The translations under genes and the position numbers were made by a program. Below, piece by piece: positions 8,746-15,687 of a stretch of 29,271 nt of DNA; position 1 is the stretch's first letter, and every line of letters begins with the position of its first letter. The stretch comes from Thermaerobacter marianensis (GTDB taxonomy: Bacteria > Bacillota > Sulfobacillia > DYIH01). The notes under the pieces are model-generated. The model did no database searches. It saw only the letters and a program-made list of their open reading frames with translations, and had not been told where the DNA came from. The stretch lies in assembly GCA_020723785.1 (NCBI GenBank), contig DYIH01000001.1:1-29271 (forward strand), in the 5' to 3' direction.

Positions 8746-10787
8746 CGGCCCTCACCCTCCGATCCCGGCATGCCGCCAGCCGGCCCCGGCGTGCCGCCAC
8801 CGGGCTGCGTACCGCCACCCGGCCCCGGCGTGCCGCCGCCGGGCAGCCCGCTCGAGCCGCCCCCGGGCGCGGCGCTTGAGCCAGCGCCGGCCGCCGCGCT
8901 TGAGCCGCCCGCTGTTCCCTTGGGCCGCACGAGCAGCCAGCCCTGCATCTCCTGGTGCAACGCGGAGCAGAAGTTCGTGCAATAGAAGGGGTAGACGCCC
9001 GGTTTGTCGGCCGTGAACTCCATGGTCTTCGTCTCGCCCGGCTGGATCTCCATGTTCAGGTCGTAGTTCAGGATGCCGAAGCCGTGGGTGATGTCCTGGT
9101 CGCGGTCGATGTTCGTCAGGTGGACGAAGACGCGGTCCCCCTGGTTGACCTCGATGCGATCGGGCACGAAGCGGGAGCGCACGGCGACACCGTAGACGTG
9201 CACCTCGTCGCCCCGCCGTTCCACACGGGCGTCGGCGGGCCGCCACACGGAGTTCTGGCGCTTCTCGTCCTTGTCGAAGACCACCGTGGTCTTGATCCTG
9301 TCCGCCCGGATGATCTGGCCGTAGTGGGGTTCGGGGTCGACCGGCGCGTCGTAGAGCAGGCGCATCCGCTGCCCGGAGATGTCGACGAGTTGCAGGCTCT
9401 CCGGATGGGAGGGTCCCACGGATAGGTACCTGTCCTTGGCCATCTTGTTCAGCGAGACGAGGTAGCGGCCCACCGGCGCGGCGGTGTCGCCCTCAGCCAC
9501 GGCGATGTGGCCCACGTTGTACTGCACGGGAATGCGGTCCACCACCTCCCAGGTTCCCAGCCGCCACTTGGCCACGGCGCTGTCCAGGAAGAGGGAGGTG
9601 TAGGCGAAACCCTTCCCGTCGAACTGGGTGTGCAGCGGCCCCAGCCCAACCGGCACCTCGGCGGCGCGGACGGCCTCGTACCGCACCACCGGCATACCCC
9701 TGGCCTCGCCGGTAAAGTCCTTTTTGGCGATCGCGCCGCGCAGCTTCTCGAAGTCGAATACGGTCACATGCGGGGCGAGCTTGCCGCTGGCCACGATGTA
9801 GCGGCCGTCCGGGGAAACGTCCACCCCGTGAGGGCTCTTGGCCACCGGTAACAGGTAGGCGATGCCCGGCACCTTCGACGGGTCGATGACTTTCGCCCCG
9901 TCGATGACCGTGTACCGGCCCTCGCGCGCCGCGCGTTCCGCGGCCCTCCAGTCGACGGCCACGATGTAGTCGCGGTCGCGCTTGGAGGCGTTGGCCTCCA
10001 GGTTGGAGGTGGCCTCCTCGGTGTTGTAGGTGGTCAGGAACAGCCAGCCGTCGCTCGGTCCCTTGCCGGCGTCCGACAGGTCATAGGACCACGGCGGGAG
10101 GAGGAGTTCCCAGGCCAGGCTCATCTCGCCCCGATCCTTGTCCACCTTGAGGGCCGCCATCACCCCGTAATAGCGCGAACCGAACTCCTCCAGCGGGGCA
10201 TAGGTGCCGCGCGGGATGGGCATGGCCAGGCGGGAGGGCGCGAAGACGTATTCCGTGTTGGGCGTGACGAAGACGGAACAGTGGGCCCCGGCGATGTTCG
10301 GCAGCGGGCCGACCATCTGGTGCACCCGGAAGGTGTGCAGGTCGATGGAGGCCAGCCGGCCGTTGGCCATGTCGCTCACGAACAGCCAGCGCCCGTCGTA
10401 CTTGCCGCCGGTCTCGCTCAGCGCCACGTGGTGCAGGTCGCCCCAGTGGAAGCCTCCGAGCATCTCGCGGCTCTCCTTCTCGAACCCCCATCCCGTGGCC
10501 GACTCCGGCGTGAAGACGGGGATGGTGCGGATGCGGCGCATGGAGGGGAGGCCGTAGACGAAGACGTTCCCGGAGTGGCCGCCGGAGGCGAACAGGTAGA
10601 ACTCGTCCAGCTTGCCCGAGGGGACGTAGGTCTGCAGCGCCGCCGCGCGCGTATCCGCCGGCCCCTGCGGCGGCAGGTCCGGCCTGGCCCGCGGCAGCCT
10701 GCCCCCCCTGATCACGAAGGCCACCAGCCCTATGAGCGCGACGGCGGCCACCGCCGCCAACAGGCGCGTCCTGCTGTCCCTGATCAA
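8742..10787 (-). CDS. nosZ: Sec-dependent (clade II) nitrous-oxide reductase
   Basis: Seven CuZ histidines (DLHH, GAH, PHG, GPLH, GHI, EPH), CuA ligands THGF and CTNFCSALHQEM, SGGHSG motif. No twin-arginine motif; hydrophobic N-terminal signal/anchor. TTG start with GAGAGG upstream. Confidence 0.96.
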   Translation of the reverse strand: MIRDSRTRLLAAVAAVALIGLVAFVIRGGRLPRARPDLPPQGPADTRAAALQTYVPSGKLDEFYLFASGGHSGNVFVYGLPSMRRIRTIPVFTPESATGWGFEKESREMLGGFHWGDLHHVALSETGGKYDGRWLFVSDMANGRLASIDLHTFRVHQMVGPLPNIAGAHCSVFVTPNTEYVFAPSRLAMPIPRGTYAPLEEFGSRYYGVMAALKVDKDRGEMSLAWELLLPPWSYDLSDAGKGPSDGWLFLTTYNTEEATSNLEANASKRDRDYIVAVDWRAAERAAREGRYTVIDGAKVIDPSKVPGIAYLLPVAKSPHGVDVSPDGRYIVASGKLAPHVTVFDFEKLRGAIAKKDFTGEARGMPVVRYEAVRAAEVPVGLGPLHTQFDGKGFAYTSLFLDSAVAKWRLGTWEVVDRIPVQYNVGHIAVAEGDTAAPVGRYLVSLNKMAKDRYLSVGPSHPESLQLVDISGQRMRLLYDAPVDPEPHYGQIIRADRIKTTVVFDKDEKRQNSVWRPADARVERRGDEVHVYGVAVRSRFVPDRIEVNQGDRVFVHLTNIDRDQDITHGFGILNYDLNMEIQPGETKTMEFTADKPGVYPFYCTNFCSALHQEMQGWLLVRPKGTAGGSSAAAGAGSSAAPGGGSSGLPGGGTPGPGGGTQPGGGTPGPAGGMPGSEGEGR
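8770..8910 (-). repeat. Imperfect tandem repeats encoding the Gly/Pro/Ser/Ala tail of NosZ
   Basis: ccggccccggcgtgccgcc at 8780 and 8819 (39-nt period); gcgcttgagcc at 8872 and 8896 (24-nt period). Confidence 0.8.
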
Positions 10788-11146
10788 GCTCTTTCATCCT
10801 CTCGCGTTGTTCTGACAACCGATAGCATTCCCCTCCCTTCGACCAACCTTGCGCCTGCCGCCGCTTCTCCGCGGGCCGTATGGCACCCGTGGTGCCGGGA
10901 ATCAATGGAATAAACAGCGCGGTGAGGGCCGGGGAGAAGACCGCCAGGACGGCCGCCCGGCAGTGGGGCGTCCGGGCAAGAAAGGCCCGCAGGTCGGAAA
11001 GCTTCCGCTCGCGGCCACCTGGAATAGCGTGTAGGATAGGACGGTGGAATCGGGCCAACTTTATATGATATAGGGGATTATTCTTCATGCTGATCGGTTT
11101 TCGTGGCATGCAATGAAAGCCGTTACTGCAGGAGGAAAAGGACGGC

Positions 11147-12400
11147 ATGAGTCGAATAGACCAACCGGATGCCACCGATGGCTCGAAACAGGTGAGGGCC
11201 ATTTCGACCGAGCGCAAAGGCAGGAGTCCCTTCTATCCAGGACAACCGGTGCCGGTTGAACTGTTCGTGGGACGGCAGGAGCAGGTCGACCGGATCATGA
11301 CCCGCGGCGTTGCCCAGGTCGCCGCCGGTAAGCCGGTGGCCGTCTTCGTCCAGGGCGAGTACGGTATCGGAAAAAGCTCGCTGGCTGGGTTCGTGCAATT
11401 CCTGGCGGAAAAAAAGTATAACCTTCATCCTCTCTACGTTCCACTGGGTACGGCGGAAAACCCGGACGACCTGGGGAAAGAGGTCCTCGAAACCACCCTC
11501 AAATCGGGTGCCTTCAACCCGACCAGGGCCGACAGGATTCGCACCTGGCTGAACAAGTATATCGAGAACGTGACCTTTTTCGGCGTCAGCATTCGCCTGG
11601 ACGCCATCAAACGGGACGCACCCCATATCGCCTCGGGCATGTTGCCCTTTCTCGCGGAGGTGTTCAACCGTCTCAACGATACCGGCGTAAAGGGGCTGTT
11701 CCTCGTCTTAGACGAAATCAACGGCATCGCCGCCGATCGTCGTTTCGCCTACCTGCTCAAATCCATCGTCGACGGCAACGCCATGTCCCCCAAGCCCATA
11801 CCGCTGCTCCTGATGCTCTGCGGCGTGGAGGAACGACGCCGCCAGATGATCCAACATCATCCCCCCCTGGACCGGATCTTCGACGTCATTGAGATCAGCG
11901 CCCTGTCCGCGGAGGAAATGAAAACGTTTTTCGAAAACGCTTTTCGGAGCGTGGACATCGAGGTCGAATCGGAGGCGATAGAGCTTTTAATAGAATGGTC
12001 AGCGGGATTGCCCAAGATCATGCACCTGGTGGGGGATGCCGCCTTCTGGCTGGATCGTGACGGCGTCATCTCCAAAGGGGACGCGCTCGCAGCCGTCATG
12101 GTGGCTGCCGAAGAGGTCGGCACCAAGTTCGTCGACCAACAGGTCTACAGGGCGTTGAAGAGTCGGGACTACCATGCCATCCTGCGGAAGCTGGGCAAGA
12201 TCAGCTTGAAGAGCAACTCATTCATGAAGTCCGAATTGGAAAAGGATCTCACGGATTCAGAGCGCAAAAAGCTCAACAACTTCCTCCAGCGAATGAAAAA
12301 GCTCAACGTGCTACGGTCCGGAGACAGCATGGGGGAGTATGAGTTCAACCTGCCGATGGTCCGGGCCTACATCTGGCTGCAGAGCCGGCGGGACGGGTAG
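11147..12400 (+). CDS. Stand-alone P-loop NTPase, STAND/AAA_16-like, with probable C-terminal winged helix
   Basis: SPFYPGQPV...FVGRQEQ N-terminal motif, Walker A GEYGIGKSS, Walker B LFLVLDE, GxP motif SAGLP, and a helical/basic C-terminus ending in a GEYEF hairpin. Confidence 0.8.
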   Translation: MSRIDQPDATDGSKQVRAISTERKGRSPFYPGQPVPVELFVGRQEQVDRIMTRGVAQVAAGKPVAVFVQGEYGIGKSSLAGFVQFLAEKKYNLHPLYVPLGTAENPDDLGKEVLETTLKSGAFNPTRADRIRTWLNKYIENVTFFGVSIRLDAIKRDAPHIASGMLPFLAEVFNRLNDTGVKGLFLVLDEINGIAADRRFAYLLKSIVDGNAMSPKPIPLLLMLCGVEERRRQMIQHHPPLDRIFDVIEISALSAEEMKTFFENAFRSVDIEVESEAIELLIEWSAGLPKIMHLVGDAAFWLDRDGVISKGDALAAVMVAAEEVGTKFVDQQVYRALKSRDYHAILRKLGKISLKSNSFMKSELEKDLTDSERKKLNNFLQRMKKLNVLRSGDSMGEYEFNLPMVRAYIWLQSRRDG

Positions 12401-12489
12401 GAAAACCCCGACGCCTGCGCCTTGGAGACTCAAGCGGTTGCGACATTGGGAAAGAGATCCTCGAAGCCACCCGCAAATCGGGATATGGG

Positions 12490-13101
12490 TTACGGCGCTA
12501 CCCCGACGAGAATCAGGGGCACGGCAGGGACGCCGCGCCCTTCGCGGATGAGGTTGTAAAGCTCGGCCTCGTAATAGCCTACTCCGGACGACATCTCCTG
12601 TTGAAGTTCCTTCATTGGTAGTATCTCCACGCCGACGTCGATCACGTCGCCCACGTAAAACGCCATGTGCTTCACAAAAAGATCATAGGCAACAAAGGGA
12701 TATTTCCCGAATTGGACCTCGACCGCCACACGTTCCTTTACGAAATCCGTCTGATTATAGGAGTATATGGGTGTCATCCCCGCGTTCTCTATTTCGGCTT
12801 TCTGCTGTGCGGCAGGTAGATGCATGGTCTTACGAATCAGCTGGACATCGGATGTTACCCAATAAGAGGTTCGCCGCTCCCCCCAACCGCGAGCAGCAAA
12901 CGCCTGTCGCAGTGCCCGATTCATTGCCACAGGAGAAAAGAAAACGCTGCCCTCGGTCCGTTTCTCCTTGGATACTTTCGTCTTGCAGGCGCTGGCATCA
13001 ACCGACGCTATACACGCTTCGATCTCGGTCCACAGATGTTTCTTGTGTACCAAAAGGAACTCAACACCGTTGAGGTGCGAATAGCATTCCACGATCTCCA
13101 T
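12490..13101 (-). CDS. Type II restriction endonuclease, BglII/BstYI family (BstYI-like; predicted RGATCY)
   Basis: 203 aa. YSHLNG, TKVSKEK, SYNQTDFVKERVAVEVQFGKY, DLFVKHMAFY and GRGVPAVPL match BstYI as I recall it, with D119/E128/Q130 at the BstYI catalytic positions. Specificity is inferred. Confidence 0.9.
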   Translation of the reverse strand: MEIVECYSHLNGVEFLLVHKKHLWTEIEACIASVDASACKTKVSKEKRTEGSVFFSPVAMNRALRQAFAARGWGERRTSYWVTSDVQLIRKTMHLPAAQQKAEIENAGMTPIYSYNQTDFVKERVAVEVQFGKYPFVAYDLFVKHMAFYVGDVIDVGVEILPMKELQQEMSSGVGYYEAELYNLIREGRGVPAVPLILVGVAP

Positions 13102-13144
13102 GATAAGCCCTCCCCGGCAGCAAAAAACAGCAATCGGGGCAACG

Positions 13145-14104
13145 TCACGGAATCATCTCCAACGATGGCCGGGAGATGGCGCGCCCGGCCGGTGGTTCAT
13201 AGATGGGTCGATCCATGGGGCGGGTCCGCAGGAGACCTGCGGCAGCCAGCCGCACCCGCTCCCCCGCAATTCTCACGTACTCCTCAACGATATCCGCCCC
13301 TGCCGCCTGGCGGCCGTGTTTCACCGCCGCCACCAACGTCGACCCCACACCCATGTAGGGATCCACCACCAGCTGGCCCCTCTCGGTCATGGAGAGCACC
13401 AACCGCTCCACCAGTTCAACGGGAAACTGACAGGGGTGAATGGTCTTCTCCACATGGTTATGCTTAACGTTTGGGATCATCCAGACGTCGCCCGGGTTCT
13501 TCCCCAGGGGGTTGCAGGAGAATTGCCCGGCCTTAGGCCCCTTGAAATACTTCTTGCCCGGATACTTCTGAGGTACTCTGACAGGGTCGAGGTCAAAAAC
13601 ATAATCATCGGACTTGGTGAACCACAGGATCGTTTCATAGCGTCCCGAAAAACGCTTGGAACAATGCAGACCGTGTTCGAAATGCCAGACGATGCGATTA
13701 CGCAGTTTCAAGCCGTGTTCCTTAAAAACAGGGTATAGAACCACGTCAAGAGGGACGATCTCGCCATCGGGAGCGACGTAGTTCCCCACCTGCCAGCAGA
13801 GACTCCCCCGCCGGTGCAGGATGCGTACACATTCGACAATGACAGAGGCCTGTTCCTCGACATAAATTTCGAGGGCCTTCCTTTTCTCATACTTCTTCCC
13901 AATGTTGTAAGGGGGTGAGGTCACGATGAGATGGGCAGCCTCGTCCGGAATCGTTTTCAACAGACCCTTGCAATCGCCATGAAACAAGGTCACGTCGTCC
14001 CGAAGTTCCCGCGCGACGGCCAAGTCATCGAGTTTCCCCTGATGCAACCGCCGACCCTCCCAAGGTTCCATCGAAGTCGGTTTGATCAGTTCGCCATCGC
14101 ACAC
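13145..14104 (-). CDS. DNA methyltransferase, beta class, N4-cytosine type (cognate of the endonuclease)
   Basis: Catalytic motif IV TSPPY precedes HPCQFP and motif I VVDPYMGVGST (beta order). GTG start with AGGAG 5 nt upstream; alternative ATG at 14071. Confidence 0.92.
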   Translation of the reverse strand: MCDGELIKPTSMEPWEGRRLHQGKLDDLAVARELRDDVTLFHGDCKGLLKTIPDEAAHLIVTSPPYNIGKKYEKRKALEIYVEEQASVIVECVRILHRRGSLCWQVGNYVAPDGEIVPLDVVLYPVFKEHGLKLRNRIVWHFEHGLHCSKRFSGRYETILWFTKSDDYVFDLDPVRVPQKYPGKKYFKGPKAGQFSCNPLGKNPGDVWMIPNVKHNHVEKTIHPCQFPVELVERLVLSMTERGQLVVDPYMGVGSTLVAAVKHGRQAAGADIVEEYVRIAGERVRLAAAGLLRTRPMDRPIYEPPAGRAISRPSLEMIP

Positions 14105-14115
14105 GTGTTCTCCTG

Positions 14116-15687
14116 CTACTCGCCCACATTTTTCCTCCCAGGCGCCGCCCCCTCCAGGGCGAACTTGCCCGCCCCCTCCTCCGGCGGCACCGCGTAGCGG
14201 CCGGTGAAGCAGGCGGCGCAGAAGTCGTCCACCCGGCAGCCGATGGCCTGGGCCAGGGCGTCCAAGGATAGGTAGGCGAGGCTGTCGGCGCCGATATGCT
14301 CCCGGACCTGTTCCACGTCGCGGGTGGCGGCCACCAGTTCGCCCTTCGAGGAGGTGTCGATGCCGTAGTAGCAGGGGTTCCTGTAGGGCGGGGAACTGAT
14401 CCGCACGTGCACCTCCCTGGCGCCCGCGTCGCGCAGCAGTTGGACCAGGTAGCGCAGGGTGGTGCCGCGGACGATGGAGTCGTCGACAAGGACGACGCGC
14501 TTGCCCGCGACGACGCGCTTGACCGGGTTGTACTTCAGGCGCACCCCGGCGGCGCGGCTCTGCTGGGTGGGCTGGATGAAGGTGCGGCCGACGTAGCGGT
14601 TCTTGATCAGGCCCATCTCGTAGGGGATGCCCGTCTCCTCGGCAAAGCCGGATGCCGCCGAGATGCTGGAGTCCGGCACGCCGATGACCACGTCGCCCGG
14701 CGCCCGGTGTTCGCGGGCCAGGAGGCGGCCCAGTTCTTTGCGCACCAGGTGGACGTTGGCACCCATCAGGTCGCTGTCGGGGCGGGCCAGGTAGATGAAC
14801 TCGAAGACACAGAGGGCCGTCCGCTCCTCCGAGGCGAAACGCAGGCTGCGCAGCCCCTTCTCGTCGATGAGGACGATCTCCCCCGGCGCCACGTCGCGGA
14901 CGTATTCGGCACCCACCGCGTCCAGGGCGCATGTCTCCGAGGCCGTCACCCAGGCGTCGCCCAGGCGGCCCAGGGAGAGGGGACGGATGCCGAGAGGATC
15001 GCGGGCGGCGGCCAGCGTCTCCGGGGTCAGGAAAACCAGGGCATAGGCACCCTTGATCGTCTGGAGCGCCGCCACCAGCGAGGATTCCAGGTCGCGGAAC
15101 CCGGAGCGGGCCATCAGGTGGGGGATGACCTCGGTATCCGTGGTGGTCTGGAAGATGGAGCCCTCCTCCTCGAAGTCCTCCCGCAGGCTGGCGGCATTGG
15201 TCAGGTTGCCGTTGTGGACCAGGGCCAGTTCACCCTGGCGGAAGGCGACGACCAGGGGCTGGGCGTTGGTGACCGAACTCGATCCGGTGGTGGAGTAGCG
15301 CACGTGGCCGACGGCCCGGTCGCCGGGCAGGTCCTTCGCGGCGCGGCCGTTGAAGACCTCCGACACCAGGCCCATGCCCTTGTGCACGTAAATCCTCCCC
15401 TTGTTGGCCGTCGCGATGCCGGCGCTCTCCTGGCCGCGGTGCTGCAGGGCGTAGAGGCCGTAGTAGGTCAGGGCCGCCGCGTCGGGGTGGCCGAAGATGC
15501 CGAAGACGCCGCACTGCTCCCGCGCCTCCGGGCCGCCCACGTCGGTCGGCGCCGGCTGGCCGCCGGCGGCGCCGACCGACCACTGCACAGCAGACATCGC
15601 CCGCGCGTCCGTCCCGCCGCTCCCCTGCAGCGGTGCGGCGCCGGCGGCAGCCGCCGGACGATTCACGGGCGCGCTCCCATCAGACAC
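14116..15687 (-). CDS. purF: Amidophosphoribosyltransferase (Fe-S type, with propeptide)
   Basis: EQ|CGVFG nucleophile site, [34 protein letters not shown], and four Fe-S cysteines (CVFE, CYYG, CAAC). GTG at 15687 has GGAGG 7 nt upstream; a later ATG is possible. Confidence 0.97.
   Translation of the reverse strand: MSDGSAPVNRPAAAAGAAPLQGSGGTDARAMSAVQWSVGAAGGQPAPTDVGGPEAREQCGVFGIFGHPDAAALTYYGLYALQHRGQESAGIATANKGRIYVHKGMGLVSEVFNGRAAKDLPGDRAVGHVRYSTTGSSSVTNAQPLVVAFRQGELALVHNGNLTNAASLREDFEEEGSIFQTTTDTEVIPHLMARSGFRDLESSLVAALQTIKGAYALVFLTPETLAAARDPLGIRPLSLGRLGDAWVTASETCALDAVGAEYVRDVAPGEIVLIDEKGLRSLRFASEERTALCVFEFIYLARPDSDLMGANVHLVRKELGRLLAREHRAPGDVVIGVPDSSISAASGFAEETGIPYEMGLIKNRYVGRTFIQPTQQSRAAGVRLKYNPVKRVVAGKRVVLVDDSIVRGTTLRYLVQLLRDAGAREVHVRISSPPYRNPCYYGIDTSSKGELVAATRDVEQVREHIGADSLAYLSLDALAQAIGCRVDDFCAACFTGRYAVPPEEGAGKFALEGAAPGRKNVGE

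Larger units (their letters stand above)
4898..14115. other. Accessory island (nos cluster plus R-M/ATPase module) interrupting the pur operon between purF and purM
   Basis: Nine non-purine genes sit between the purF stop (14116) and the purM start (4830); purF-purM adjacency is the established Bacillus-type order. No mobility gene or flanking repeat seen, so the ends are approximate. Confidence 0.8.

Noticed and set aside
12455-12460. AGATCC cognate site between the ATPase and endonuclease stops as a regulatory site
   Set aside because: RGATCY sites are frequent in the window, and this one lies downstream of both genes.
4831-14120. Target-site duplication, att sites or mobility genes at the island ends
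   Set aside because: Comparing the purF-proximal and purM-proximal junctions showed only trivial matches such as TAGC; no integrase or transposase motif was found.
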